A DNA stretch of 64,000 bases from Candidatus Altimarinota bacterium (GCA_963677745.1 OY782391.1:1120001-1184000), one strand, 5' to 3'; positions 1 to 10,280 are shown, counted from the stretch's first letter. Notes: generated by a model from the letters alone, not told the origin. Numbers and translations are program-made.

Positions 1-1561
1 TAAAAATTCCCAGACTTTTCTGAAAAATTCCCAGGAAATATTGACCGGCACAACCGGCAGGGAAGTAAAACCCGGGGAAACCGTTGAGATCAAACTTCTT
101 TTGAATGCCACGGCAGTCGGGGGATCCGGTTTGATCGATCTGCAACAGGTAATCGGTGGTAAGACCTCCAGTGGATATCTGAGTTTCGGTCTGCAGGTAA
201 ACGCGCCGGCACCCAAAAAGAAATACGATTACAGCCTGATCAGCATCATCTACGGTAAAAACGAATTTAAGGCCGGGGAAACCGTGGACGTGACAATCAA
301 ACTGCGTAACAAGGGGACCGCTCCGTGGCAGAAAACCGGCAGCAATAAGCTTTCTTTGGGAGCCGATAAACCGCGTGACCACAAGAATGTCCTTTTAGCA
401 AAACCCGCTCCGCGGTTGGCTGCACTGCAGGAAGACCTGGTCCAGTCCGGAGAAATCGGAACCTTTAAATTTTCCATTAAGATCCCCGCTCAGGACGGTA
501 TCTACCGGGAATATTTCACCCCGGTGGTAGAGGGGATACAGTGGATGGACAATCATAATACATTTTTGCAGGTGAAAGTCGGCAACTCCGACCGTCTGAT
601 GACTCCCGATGTTGAAGACGCGGCCGCCCCGCAGTCGACCAAGACCGCCGCCGCTTCCACCGGTCCCAATATCGCGGTAACAACGATCAATACACAAAGC
701 CGTCCCCGTGATATCCGCGTTGATCTGGCCTATCGCGGCAATCCGGCCGTCATCAGCGCCAACGGTAATTTCTCGCTGTTTGAAGGCAACCAAAAAGTGG
801 CTGACTTCAAAGCCGATCAGCAGGTCAACGTCCAATATGACGGAGCGGTTTTCAAAGTCACGGGCAATCTGAAAACTCACACCATTTCCGGCCGGCCGCG
901 TTTCCAGCCTTCACTCGGTACCATCATGAGAATAGATAACTGGGAGAGACGCAATACCTGGGGTGATAAGGCCAATAACAATCTGTTCCGCGGCGTGCTG
1001 GAGGTGTTGATTTACAATAAGGAATTGCACGTCATCAATGAATTGCCGCTGGAAGATTATCTGAAGGGGATTGCGGAAGAAAGTTCCACCGCCCCCGCGG
1101 AGAAAATCAAAACCATCATGGTGATCGCCAGAACTTACGCCCGTTTTTATATGGATGTAGTGAAAAAGTTTCCGGGCGCGCCGTTCGACCTGAACGACGA
1201 TCCCAACTATTCCCAGAAGTATCTCGGTTATGCCTTTGAGTCCCGCTCGCCCGAGACGGCGCGCCTGGCCGCCGCCACAGCCGGACAATATGTCACTTAT
1301 AACGGTAAACTGATCAAGACGCCTTATTTCAGCAAATCGGATGGCAAAAAGACTATTTCCGCCGCCGACAAATGGGGCTGGACCGATACACCATTTTTAG
1401 TCAGCGTCGATGATTCGATGTGCGATTCCACGGCATTCTCCGGCCACGGCGTGGGTTTGTCCGGCTGTGGCGCCACTGCTCTGGCCAAACAGGGAAAATC
1501 TTATCGGGAAATTATCAAATATTATTATCAGGGGGTGGAAGTTACCCAGACGGATTACTAA
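1..1561 (+). CDS. SpoIID/LytB-domain protein with N-terminal Ig-like (NBR1-like) domain; 5'-truncated by window edge
   Basis: Frame is open from position 2. C-terminal SpoIID motifs INELPLEDYLKGIAE, ARTYA, GHGVGLS and YREIIKYYYQG; Ig-like segment LRNKGTAPW...PVVEGIQW. Confidence 0.85.
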   Translation, partial: KNSQTFLKNSQEILTGTTGREVKPGETVEIKLLLNATAVGGSGLIDLQQVIGGKTSSGYLSFGLQVNAPAPKKKYDYSLISIIYGKNEFKAGETVDVTIKLRNKGTAPWQKTGSNKLSLGADKPRDHKNVLLAKPAPRLAALQEDLVQSGEIGTFKFSIKIPAQDGIYREYFTPVVEGIQWMDNHNTFLQVKVGNSDRLMTPDVEDAAAPQSTKTAAASTGPNIAVTTINTQSRPRDIRVDLAYRGNPAVISANGNFSLFEGNQKVADFKADQQVNVQYDGAVFKVTGNLKTHTISGRPRFQPSLGTIMRIDNWERRNTWGDKANNNLFRGVLEVLIYNKELHVINELPLEDYLKGIAEESSTAPAEKIKTIMVIARTYARFYMDVVKKFPGAPFDLNDDPNYSQKYLGYAFESRSPETARLAAATAGQYVTYNGKLIKTPYFSKSDGKKTISAADKWGWTDTPFLVSVDDSMCDSTAFSGHGVGLSGCGATALAKQGKSYREIIKYYYQGVEVTQTDY

Positions 1562-1567
1562 AACATC

Positions 1568-1828
1568 ATGAAGGCATTACCCAACGAGGGACAAAGTCCC
1601 TCCAAATCATCAGGGCGCGGCAGATCCAATATCAATCCCCAATTGGTACGCTACACTATTGCCGTTAAAAAAGTCTCCCGCCGGCTGGGGCAATTTGCCG
1701 ATCATGATCTGGATGAAAAATCAATTCTGGCGCTTCTGGACGATACCAGAAGCCAGGTATTAAGCCTGCATATCGCCCGCAAGCAGCTCAAAAACAATCA
1801 TAAAAGAAAACACCGTAACCGCACCTAG
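1568..1828 (+). CDS. hypothetical protein (86 aa)
   Basis: ATG 6 nt after the upstream stop; fills the gap to the convergent rsmI. Confidence 0.5.
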   Translation: MKALPNEGQSPSKSSGRGRSNINPQLVRYTIAVKKVSRRLGQFADHDLDEKSILALLDDTRSQVLSLHIARKQLKNNHKRKHRNRT

Positions 1829-2505
1829 GATTCCGGGTGATTTTTACTTTTCCCGGCCATCATTACCACAAACTCCCCTTTGGGATTTTTTTGCGAAAAA
1901 TACTTTGATAATTGGTCGGCTGTGCCGGTCTGAAACTCTTCGTAAATTTTACTGATTTCCCTGGCAACCACTATTTTACGTTCCGGGAAATATTGTTCCA
2001 TTTCCTTGAGGGTCTTTTGGATACGATGGGGGGATTCATAAAAAACTACAGTGTTTTCCTCTTCCTGTAATCTTTTCAGCATAGTCTGGCGGCCCTTTTT
2101 CATGGGCAAAAACCCCAGATAAAGGAAATGGTTGGTAGGTAATCCGCTGGCCGAGAGCGCAGCCAGGAAGGCGGCCGGACCGGGCAGGGGGGACACGGCG
2201 ATACCGGCTTCCCTGGCCGCCCTGACCAGCAGAAATCCCGGATCGGAGATGCCGGGTGTACCGGCATCGGAAATCAAAGCAATATTTTTCCCTGCCACCA
2301 AGGCATCCAGCAGCTCCTGCAGTTTTCTTTCATCCGAAAAGGCATGGAAAGAAGTCATGGGCGTACCTATCTCGTACTTTTTTAAGAGAATTCCGGAAGT
2401 TCTGGTGTCCTCAGCCGCGATCAGATCAACTTCTTTCAGGATACGCAAAGCTCTGGCAGTAATATCTTCCAGATTTCCGATTGGTGTGGCGACTATGTAT
2501 AACAT
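1825..2505 (-). CDS. rsmI: 16S rRNA C1402 2'-O-methyltransferase RsmI
   Basis: LYIVATPIGNLEDIT, AAEDTR, SDAGTPGISDPG, FYESPHR, PKGEFV. Confidence 0.97.
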   Translation of the reverse strand: MLYIVATPIGNLEDITARALRILKEVDLIAAEDTRTSGILLKKYEIGTPMTSFHAFSDERKLQELLDALVAGKNIALISDAGTPGISDPGFLLVRAAREAGIAVSPLPGPAAFLAALSASGLPTNHFLYLGFLPMKKGRQTMLKRLQEEENTVVFYESPHRIQKTLKEMEQYFPERKIVVAREISKIYEEFQTGTADQLSKYFSQKNPKGEFVVMMAGKSKNHPES

Positions 2506-2513
2506 CCATTAAA

Positions 2514-2966
2514 TTAAAAAATTTTCTTTTTGGACGGAGAAATCATCGGTTCCGAAGCATAGACGGGTTTGGCTATTTTAACCGGAGGCCAGCCCGTCCG
2601 GAATTTCCCGGAAATCAGCTCCGCAAGTTTATCAGAAGCGGGACTCCGGTCTGTAGCAGAAGACAGTTTTAACTCGAAAATATCAACCTTGCCGCCTCCG
2701 GCTTCTATTGCCAGTGCTAAGATATTGGCCATCGTAACCCCGATGCGGGTCGCGGAAAAATTACCGACGCCGACAACCGAAACAATCCGTGAAATATCGT
2801 TCCATTCTTTCCGGGAATTTTTTAACAGATTTTCCATTTGCTGCGGCACTTTTCTAACCTCGTCCTTTTTTGAAACCCACCCTGCTTCGGCCAACATCCG
2901 TCCCTTTTGATCCAGGAGTAACAGCTCTACGCGGGGCAAGACGGTTTGTATCACCAGAGTAATCAT
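2514..2966 (-). CDS. tsaB: short TsaB/YeaZ-like t6A biosynthesis protein
   Basis: GVGNFSATRIG resembles the TsaB GPGSFTGxRIG motif; ends in a PVY motif; only 150 aa. Confidence 0.7.
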   Translation of the reverse strand: MITLVIQTVLPRVELLLLDQKGRMLAEAGWVSKKDEVRKVPQQMENLLKNSRKEWNDISRIVSVVGVGNFSATRIGVTMANILALAIEAGGGKVDIFELKLSSATDRSPASDKLAELISGKFRTGWPPVKIAKPVYASEPMISPSKKKIF

Positions 2967-2970
2967 ATTT

Positions 2971-4092
2971 TTATCCTGACAGTTTGCAGATATCGACAGG
3001 AGGAGTACCCATGGTATAGGTATCCACCCCGCGATAACTCTTTACTTCAGACTGTATACGCGTGGAGATGGTTGTTTGCAAAGTGATTTTCGGGATTTCC
3101 GACTCATCCAGTCCACCGAATAAGATCAACTGATCCTTACTGGGTCTGGCTTCCAGTGTAATGGTTACTTTAGGCTGTTCCACGGATCCCTGTTCGGCAA
3201 AAGCTTTATGAGGATCCTCTCCCGGTGAGACATTGAAAACCAGCCGGGTGACCGTCGTGCGTTGCGGGCTGATTGCCACAAAACCTTTATAAGGATCGTC
3301 ATTGAGCAGGGAGGATTCCAATGTAGCCAGGCCTCCGCAATCATAATCTTCGGTATTGCAGCAAAAAGTTCCCCTGGTAACACAGTTCAACCACGTTTCC
3401 GTGAGGCCGTCTTTGTTCGTATCGTCCCCGATCTTTTCAATCATGGCCACGCCCCATTTTTCAGGGCTGCCGGATACTCTCTTTCGGGCAAACACGGTTT
3501 TTCTGGTTCCTTCTTTATTGATCAGATAGAGTTCGTCCTTCTTATTCTGGTTTTTAATGGTGCAGCCGGCTGCACCAAATTTATAAATCGGGCAAAAAGC
3601 ATTGGAATCGGGGGCCGGCACGGGGAGGGCTCCAAGATAAGGATACTTGCCGGTATTTAGATCTATTGACGGCTTAAATACCACGCATTCCTGTCCCGTG
3701 TAGGGTTTACCGTCATTGCATAGTGCGCCCAGTCCTCCCGGCTCGGTGATAATGTCGGTAGCTCCCGGTGGATAGGATTTTCCGATGCCCGGATTATAAA
3801 ACTGGGCGGCATAACAACCGTAAAACTCACCATATTGATGGGCGGAATTGGTTGATTTGTTAAAATATTCTTCATAATCAACGGCATTGTTTCTGATGCT
3901 CCGTGAAATTCTTTCCATCATAAACCTGGCATCTTCATAGATATTGTTTTCCAGGTTAAGTCTGGCCTGAATTCTGGTAACATTCATGAAAATATTCAGG
4001 GAAAGAGTCCCGATAAAGGCAAACAATCCCACCGCCACCATTATTTCCACCAGTGTAAAACCTCTCCGCATTATTGATGGTTTATTGATCAT
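2971..4092 (-). CDS. prepilin-type N-terminal cleavage/methylation protein (minor pilin, PilW-like)
   Basis: RRGFTLVEIMVAVGLF class III signal; Cys-rich globular domain. Confidence 0.88.
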   Translation of the reverse strand: MINKPSIMRRGFTLVEIMVAVGLFAFIGTLSLNIFMNVTRIQARLNLENNIYEDARFMMERISRSIRNNAVDYEEYFNKSTNSAHQYGEFYGCYAAQFYNPGIGKSYPPGATDIITEPGGLGALCNDGKPYTGQECVVFKPSIDLNTGKYPYLGALPVPAPDSNAFCPIYKFGAAGCTIKNQNKKDELYLINKEGTRKTVFARKRVSGSPEKWGVAMIEKIGDDTNKDGLTETWLNCVTRGTFCCNTEDYDCGGLATLESSLLNDDPYKGFVAISPQRTTVTRLVFNVSPGEDPHKAFAEQGSVEQPKVTITLEARPSKDQLILFGGLDESEIPKITLQTTISTRIQSEVKSYRGVDTYTMGTPPVDICKLSG

Positions 4093-4826
4093 TTATAACT
4101 GGCTAAAAGGCTGGTCAGCACGACCTTGTGAGTTACTTTTCTGGCTCCCTGCCACTGGACGGTCGAAGTCACGACCATCAGATTGGCGGTGGTTGGTAAT
4201 GCCGGACCAATAGTATAGGGAGGACCTGAGATTAATTTGTAATCAATATTAATACTGCGATAAAATTTTGTATTATCAACAAAAGTACCTGCGGCTTTGA
4301 AAGAACCTATAAAATCATAATCATCATTCTTATCTGTTAAAGCACCTATCTGTTTATATTCATTGTCGCTGTTCTCCAGGGGATTCAAATCAAAATTCTT
4401 CAGCATGTACGGGGCATCGTTTACGACACCGTTGGCCAGATTCAGAGCGGGAGTGACCGGTAAAGGATTGAGAACATCCCCCAGTATCATGCCGTTAGTG
4501 GTGTTTGTTGCCGGCAGACGTTCCGTTGGCGCCAGGCCCGTACAGGACAACAGACTGGGCCTGGCATTCCAGCATCCCTTGGGGTTGGCACTGTATTTCA
4601 TCCAGTTGGTATCGCGCAGATTGCGCATATATTCAATCCCTTCCTGCGCCAGATTGAGGGCGATCAGTGAGTCTTTGTTGTAGATACTGGCATCAATGGC
4701 GGTCAGGATCATCGAAGTGGCCGACGCAGAACCTATCACCAGCACCACCAGGGCAAACATAACCTCCAACAGGGTCTCAGCCCTGCTCAGGTTCCTCCAC
4801 CTGATTTTTCTTAATAAGTGTTTCAT
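4089..4826 (-). CDS. prepilin-like protein (PilV-like)
   Basis: RAETLLEVMFALVVL, ALNLAQEGIEYMRNLRD, C-terminal VTSTVQW. Confidence 0.8.
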   Translation of the reverse strand: MKHLLRKIRWRNLSRAETLLEVMFALVVLVIGSASATSMILTAIDASIYNKDSLIALNLAQEGIEYMRNLRDTNWMKYSANPKGCWNARPSLLSCTGLAPTERLPATNTTNGMILGDVLNPLPVTPALNLANGVVNDAPYMLKNFDLNPLENSDNEYKQIGALTDKNDDYDFIGSFKAAGTFVDNTKFYRSINIDYKLISGPPYTIGPALPTTANLMVVTSTVQWQGARKVTHKVVLTSLLASYK

Positions 4827-4832
4827 TTTGGC

Positions 4833-5486
4833 TTAAGTGCAGGGACCAACTTCGGGAATACCCGCCAGTTTATGCATTGTGATAATGCGGCAACCCATCA
4901 GCTTGGGGTTACTGAGCTTAATAGTTATAAAAGGAGATGTACTGACGTCCAGGTTTTCAAAGTTGATATCGGCGTAATTGGGACTATAGAAAATGCTGCC
5001 GGAGGTCTTGGCGCCGGTACCGTCCTGCACATCCAAAATAGTGCCTTCCGGCAGGTACAGACTGTCCAACACCACGTCCTGCCCCAGATCATAGGTGGTC
5101 CCCTCGTCGTAACGCAGTCTTGCCCCCATGGCTCCGCTTTCGGGAGGATTGATATCGGCAAACAATACGACTTGTGGGGCGCTGTCCGTCTGGAAGTGAA
5201 TACCGTAATTGGCCGGAGTCACATAATCCGGGGGACTGGATAAATTGGTTCTTGTATCATGGTCGAAATCAGTGAAATCCAGCTGGCCTTTGCCTGTAAT
5301 AGCCTGACTGCGGGCATTACTGATCAGACTGAACAATTTGGCAAAATTATTGCTGAATAATTGCGTGCTCTGTGATTGTGACAAAGCGTTTAGGGAAAAA
5401 GCCAAAACAATCACTATAATCCCAATGACAATCAATAGTTCAATCAGAGAGTAGGCTTTTCTTGTGGGATAACTTTGTATTTTCAT
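4833..5486 (-). CDS. prepilin-type protein (FimT/FimU-like)
   Basis: KAYSLIELLIVIGII, ARSQAITG, YGIHF. Confidence 0.85.
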   Translation of the reverse strand: MKIQSYPTRKAYSLIELLIVIGIIVIVLAFSLNALSQSQSTQLFSNNFAKLFSLISNARSQAITGKGQLDFTDFDHDTRTNLSSPPDYVTPANYGIHFQTDSAPQVVLFADINPPESGAMGARLRYDEGTTYDLGQDVVLDSLYLPEGTILDVQDGTGAKTSGSIFYSPNYADINFENLDVSTSPFITIKLSNPKLMGCRIITMHKLAGIPEVGPCT

Positions 5487-5628
5487 GTTTATTTCTCGTT
5501 CCGGTCAATACTAACACACAGCCGGAATTTAGCAAAATTCTACTATAATTTTTTAGCGATATGTCTTCCCGTGATTGATAAAACAGTCATATTATGATAT
5601 AATCATCAGACGTAATAACCACAAAACC

Positions 5629-6087
5629 ATGCCAATACAAAACGAACAGGATTTGCACATCATTGCCAATATGCTCAAGCAGATAGACCTTTTTAAAGAG
5701 CTGGACGAAACACTGCACGCTGAAATAATCAAAAACGTCACTTTGGATTATTATCCGGAAAATTTTCTGGTTTTTAAGCAGGGCGAAGCCGGTGACAGGA
5801 TGTATATCATCAAATCGGGCATGGTGAAAATTTATCAGCCGGGAGAGAGTCCGAGTTTTGATAAGGAAATAGCGGTTTTGGCGGACAATGATTTCTTCGG
5901 TGAAATGGCTCTGATTTCCGACACTCCCCGCAATGCCTCGGCCAAAACCGTCGAGCCGACACAGGTCTTTATCATCAAAAAAACCGACTTTTTAAATCTG
6001 ATTTCCAGTAATGCCGGTCTGGCTGAGAAATTCAGTAAGGAATTCCTGGACAGGGTCAAAATGGGGACACGTGAAAAGAACGCTTAA
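5629..6087 (+). CDS. stand-alone cyclic nucleotide-binding domain protein
   Basis: FKQGEAGDRMYIIKSG and FFGEMALISDTPRNASA phosphate-binding cassette; no HTH. ATG chosen downstream of TGATATAAT (5595-5603). Confidence 0.9.
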   Translation: MPIQNEQDLHIIANMLKQIDLFKELDETLHAEIIKNVTLDYYPENFLVFKQGEAGDRMYIIKSGMVKIYQPGESPSFDKEIAVLADNDFFGEMALISDTPRNASAKTVEPTQVFIIKKTDFLNLISSNAGLAEKFSKEFLDRVKMGTREKNA

Positions 6088-6109
6088 ATTACCTATCTAA
6101 AAGCCGACC

Positions 6110-6703
6110 ATGCTTTTTCTCTACCTGTTGATGTCACATCTTGTTTCCGATTATCTGCTTCAGCCGGACAATCTGGTGGAGTGGAAAAATCAATCCAAAT
6201 GGGGGCTTACTATCCACGCTTTTATCCATTTTTTGTTCAATACACTGGTTTTATATGTTTACACCGGCCGACTGGCCGTGGCAGCCTTGGCCTTATTACT
6301 GGCCATCTTTCACTATACAATCGACCTTACCAAAGCAATCTATGACCGGAAAAACGGCCACCACAGTTTTTCCTACTGGGCGGATCAGCTGGTCCATTAC
6401 GTCAGCTTATTGGTTGTTACCCTGATTGCCTGGCGTTTTGACGGGGTTTTCGCCGGCCGGACAATCGGGACTGGAAACCTCTTCGAATTAATGTTTTTCA
6501 ACCCGTTCATTATCTCGTATTTTAGTCTGGCCATCTTCATTACATTGACCGTTGAATACAGTTCCGGTCTCTATTCAAAAAAGAAACACCGCAGTTTTTC
6601 CATGCTCGATAAAAAAAACATGATCAAAAGGCTGCTGCTGGTCACTATCGTCTATGTCGGACTGTTATTCGCTCTTGTCCCGAGCGTGGGGCTTAACTTC
6701 TGA
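6110..6703 (+). CDS. DUF3307-family membrane protein
   Basis: HLVSDYLLQ, H..IH, HYTID and DQLVH His/Asp motifs within TM helices. Confidence 0.8.
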   Translation: MLFLYLLMSHLVSDYLLQPDNLVEWKNQSKWGLTIHAFIHFLFNTLVLYVYTGRLAVAALALLLAIFHYTIDLTKAIYDRKNGHHSFSYWADQLVHYVSLLVVTLIAWRFDGVFAGRTIGTGNLFELMFFNPFIISYFSLAIFITLTVEYSSGLYSKKKHRSFSMLDKKNMIKRLLLVTIVYVGLLFALVPSVGLNF

Positions 6704-7600
6704 AGTAAGTTTCAAAAAGGTGAAAGTCCAGACAGCCACGGCAAAAACGTGGATTATTCCGTTTAAATAGGAAGCCAGCATCAAGCCGACAACTCCCAGT
6801 CCGCCGCCCAGATAGATGCCGACATATGGTAAGTTGGCCAAGGTCATCAGATAAATCACTGCAATTACAACCACGGGGATCAGCATTACAAACAGCAGCT
6901 GAATTACGATTCTGATACCGATAATTAACATCAGGATGCTTAACAGGACTGTTTCCTCCAGGTTCCGTACCACCAGGTTAAAACTTTTGGTGATGGAGGT
7001 AAAAACTTTCTCTTCATCAATAACTATGTAAAATTCCGAATAGGTCAAAAAGATGGCGATTACAAAAACCGCCAATGAGGCCAGAATAAAGACCGGAGTT
7101 ACCAGTGGTAAAACTTTCCAGCCAAAATTGCGGAGAGAAGTGGCGAGAACCGTATAAATGGAGGTACCACCGACAATCTGGAAAAACAGCGTGTATTCAA
7201 AAAGCGGTAAAAAATACATCAGCCCGAAGGAAAAGCCTTTCCTGGCCGGAATGTCCTGCCCGTTTCTGCGTCTGGCAATCAGCTGTATCAAACCTCCCTG
7301 GCAAATTACCGGTACCAGAAAATAACAAATCACCATCACCACGGCCACGATGATCAAAGGAACGACGATTCCCCGATGTGTCTGTAAAAAATCCAGGCCG
7401 GTGGAGAAAATCAGATAGGTAAAACTCTTATTCCAATTCTCAAAAAGCCTGGAGGAAAGGAACGCGTAATACTGGTAGACCAGATAGACTATCCCTACCA
7501 CGGTCCCAAAAAAAGCGGGGAATGCTCCATACCACATCACCAGTTTTTTGTTTTCCTGGGTAAACTGCCAAGCCTCCGCAACTATTTGCTTATAATTCAT
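6665..7600 (-). CDS. multi-pass membrane protein
   Basis: 311 aa with about 6-7 hydrophobic segments. Confidence 0.8.
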   Translation of the reverse strand: MNYKQIVAEAWQFTQENKKLVMWYGAFPAFFGTVVGIVYLVYQYYAFLSSRLFENWNKSFTYLIFSTGLDFLQTHRGIVVPLIIVAVVMVICYFLVPVICQGGLIQLIARRRNGQDIPARKGFSFGLMYFLPLFEYTLFFQIVGGTSIYTVLATSLRNFGWKVLPLVTPVFILASLAVFVIAIFLTYSEFYIVIDEEKVFTSITKSFNLVVRNLEETVLLSILMLIIGIRIVIQLLFVMLIPVVVIAVIYLMTLANLPYVGIYLGGGLGVVGLMLASYLNGIIHVFAVAVWTFTFLKLTSEVKPHARDKSE

Positions 7601-7649
7601 CTTTGATCTAAAACTTTGACCTGAATAGATGTAACATAAAAATAATGGC

Positions 7650-7678
7650 TTGCCAATGTGAAGCTGCTCTGCTAAATT
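7650..7678 (+). promoter_or_regulatory. sigma70-type promoter of rpsO-pnp
   Basis: TTGCCA-17 nt-TAAATT with TG extension. Confidence 0.6.
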
Positions 7679-7721
7679 ATAGCTCGCGTGTAATAACCTG
7701 TATTTTCTTAGTAATTCACCA

Positions 7722-7982
7722 ATGAAAAGACCAGAAAAGAAGAAGATTATCCAGACCTTTGCGGTACATCCGAAAGATACTGGTTCTCCCCAGGTTCAGA
7801 TTGCCATTCTGACCAACAGGATCAAGCAACTTTCCTCACACCTGGAAGAACATCCAAAAGACAATCATTCCCGGCGTGGACTTTTGATGATGGTAGGTAA
7901 GAGACGAAAACTCCTCAACTACCTTAAGCTCAATGAGAAGGATGTTTATGACGAGCTGATGGGCAAACTTGAGTTAAAATAA
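7722..7982 (+). CDS. rpsO: 30S ribosomal protein S15
   Basis: DTGSPQVQIAILT, HPKDNHSRRGLL, GKRRKLLNYL. Confidence 0.98.
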   Translation: MKRPEKKKIIQTFAVHPKDTGSPQVQIAILTNRIKQLSSHLEEHPKDNHSRRGLLMMVGKRRKLLNYLKLNEKDVYDELMGKLELK

Positions 7983-8022
7983 TTGATATAATTATCAAAG
8001 TTTTTTCAGATCAGAATCCTTG

Positions 8023-8055
8023 AAAAAGTCTACGCTACAGCAGCTGGACTTTTTT
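8023..8055 (+). terminator. hairpin plus T-run between rpsO and pnp (terminator or processing stem)
   Basis: AAAAAGTCTA...TGGACTTTTTT. Confidence 0.5.
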
Positions 8056-8102
8056 GTTAAAAAATATCAACAATATAATTAATATTTAATAAGAATAAGA
8101 AA

Positions 8103-10199
8103 ATGCCAAATGAATACAAACTAGACCTGGCTGGACGGCAGCTGAAAATTGATACCGGCCTGTTGGCCAATCAATCGAGCGGTTCGGTAACGGTCTCACT
8201 GGGGGACACAGTGGTTTTTGCCAGTGTGGTGATGGGCGATGCCCGTCCTGGAAATGACTTTTTCCCTCTGACCGTGGATTTCGAGGAAAAATACTATGCC
8301 GCCGGCAAGATCAAGGGCTCCCGTTTCATAAAAAGAGAAGGCCGCCCCTCCGAAAAATCCATCCTGAGTTCCCGCATGATTGACCGTCCAATCCGCCCGC
8401 TCTTTCCCAAACACATGATCAATGACGTTCAGCTGATCTGCTCTGTACTGTCAGCCGATCTGGAAGTGGATCCTTCCCCGCTTGGACTGATTGCCGCATC
8501 TGCCGCCATCTGTATTTCGGGAATGCCTTTCGGCGGACCGGTTGGAGCCGTAAGAATCGGACTTGTCAATGATCAGCTGGTTGTAAATCCCACCTATGAT
8601 CAGGTAGCCACCGGCAAACTGGATCTGGTGGTTGCCGGAACTGCTGAAGCCATTACCATGGTGGAGGCGGGGGCCAAGGAAATAGATGATGAAACTCTTC
8701 TCAAAGCTTTGGATCTGGCACATGTCGAAATAAAGAAAATCTGCGCCCTGCAGAAAGAATTCATGAAGGAATTCCGCAAAGCCGATCTGGAGGTAATCAT
8801 GGCTCCCGAAAACCAGTCAGCCATTGATGCCGTGGAAAAAACCGTTACCAAAGAGATGCTGGATGATCTGACCGGACCCACCAAAGTGGCTATCAAGGAA
8901 AAGATCCATGCCCTGGAAAATATGCTGGTGGAGAAGTTCAAGGCAGAGATTGAAGCCGGGACCTACACCGAAAACGATTTGAAAAATCATTTTGATTATA
9001 TGTTCGGCAAGAACATGAGAAAAAACATCCTGGAAAAAGAAAAGCGTCTGGATGGACGGAAAATGGATCAGATCAGACCTCTCAGTGTCAAAACCAGTTT
9101 GCTCCCCAAAACACACGGTTCCGCCCTTTTCCAGCGCGGGGAAACCCAGTCCCTTTCCATTGCCACACTCGGTTCACCGGGCTCGGCCCTGATCGTGGAC
9201 AGCATGGATGAGGACAGTGAGAAATTTTATTTCCATCATTATAATTTCCCGCCATTTTCCGTGGGCGAAACCAAGCCGCTGCGCGGCCCTTCCCGCCGGG
9301 ACATTGGTCACGGCTATCTGGCTGAAAAAGCTCTGGTGCCCGTGCTCCCCGAACATGCCAAATTTCCCTATACCGTCTGGGTCGTCTCCGAAATCATGTC
9401 CTGTAACGGTTCCAGCTCCATGGCTTCGGTCTGCGGTTCCACCGTTGCCCTGATGGATGCCGGAGTTCCGATCACCAAGCCGGTTGCCGGTATTGCCATG
9501 GGTCTGGTCACTTATGACGGAGATCTGGCCAATGGTTACAAGATACTTACAGATATTCAGAGTTTCGAGGATTTTGCCGGAGACATGGACTTCAAGGTGG
9601 CCGGCACCCGTGACGGCATTACCGCTTTGCAAATGGATATCAAAGTCAAAGGTCTGTCCGTTGATCTGTTGCGCCAGGCCCTGGCCCAGGCCAAGAAAGC
9701 CCGCCTGGAGATACTGGATGAAATTCAAAAGGTCATTCCCGCACCGCGGGCCGAGCTGGCTCCCAATGCCCCGCGCATTACCAGTATTCAGATTGATCCT
9801 GATAAAATCCGTGAAGTCATCGGCAAAGGCGGAGAAACCATTCAAAAGATCACCAAAGAAACCGGTGTGGAGATTGACATCGAGGACAGCGGTTTGATCA
9901 TGATTACCGCTACCAACCAGGAAGCCGCCAAACTGGCGGAAGAATGGATCAACCGCATTACTTACGAACCAAAAATCGGTGATATTTTTACCGGAAAAGT
10001 CGTGAAGATTATGGAATTCGGGGCCTTTGTGGAAATGGCTCCCGGTAAAGACGGACTGGTTCATATTTCCGAACTGGCTGACCACCGCGTGGAAAAAGTT
10101 GAGGACGTGGTCAAGGAAGGTGATATCATCAAAGTTAAACTGGTGGATATTGATGAAAAAGGCCGCTACAAACTGTCCCACAAGCAGGCTATGAAATAA
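8103..10199 (+). CDS. pnp: polyribonucleotide nucleotidyltransferase
   Basis: FFPLTVDF, two RNase PH domains, GDMDFKVAG, KH and S1 domains. Confidence 0.98.
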   Translation: MPNEYKLDLAGRQLKIDTGLLANQSSGSVTVSLGDTVVFASVVMGDARPGNDFFPLTVDFEEKYYAAGKIKGSRFIKREGRPSEKSILSSRMIDRPIRPLFPKHMINDVQLICSVLSADLEVDPSPLGLIAASAAICISGMPFGGPVGAVRIGLVNDQLVVNPTYDQVATGKLDLVVAGTAEAITMVEAGAKEIDDETLLKALDLAHVEIKKICALQKEFMKEFRKADLEVIMAPENQSAIDAVEKTVTKEMLDDLTGPTKVAIKEKIHALENMLVEKFKAEIEAGTYTENDLKNHFDYMFGKNMRKNILEKEKRLDGRKMDQIRPLSVKTSLLPKTHGSALFQRGETQSLSIATLGSPGSALIVDSMDEDSEKFYFHHYNFPPFSVGETKPLRGPSRRDIGHGYLAEKALVPVLPEHAKFPYTVWVVSEIMSCNGSSSMASVCGSTVALMDAGVPITKPVAGIAMGLVTYDGDLANGYKILTDIQSFEDFAGDMDFKVAGTRDGITALQMDIKVKGLSVDLLRQALAQAKKARLEILDEIQKVIPAPRAELAPNAPRITSIQIDPDKIREVIGKGGETIQKITKETGVEIDIEDSGLIMITATNQEAAKLAEEWINRITYEPKIGDIFTGKVVKIMEFGAFVEMAPGKDGLVHISELADHRVEKVEDVVKEGDIIKVKLVDIDEKGRYKLSHKQAMK

Positions 10200-10252
10200 G
10201 CCTGTCCGGATGCCCGGATCGGATTAATTTAATCTGAAATAACTTGGATTTT

Positions 10253-10280
10253 AAAAGCCCCGCCATACGGCGGGGCTTTT
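10253..10280. terminator. bidirectional intrinsic terminator between pnp and dnaX
   Basis: AAAAGCCCCGCC-ATAC-GGCGGGGCTTTT perfect inverted repeat. Confidence 0.9.

Noticed and set aside
2-33. 12-bp direct repeat AAAAATTCCCAG at the window start
   Set aside because: It lies in frame within the coding sequence (KNSQ twice), has only two copies and forms no array.
9174-10181. 335-aa antisense ORF and many similar overlapping ORFs in the track
   Set aside because: They are shadows of well-supported genes on the opposite strand or in another frame, with no recognisable motifs.
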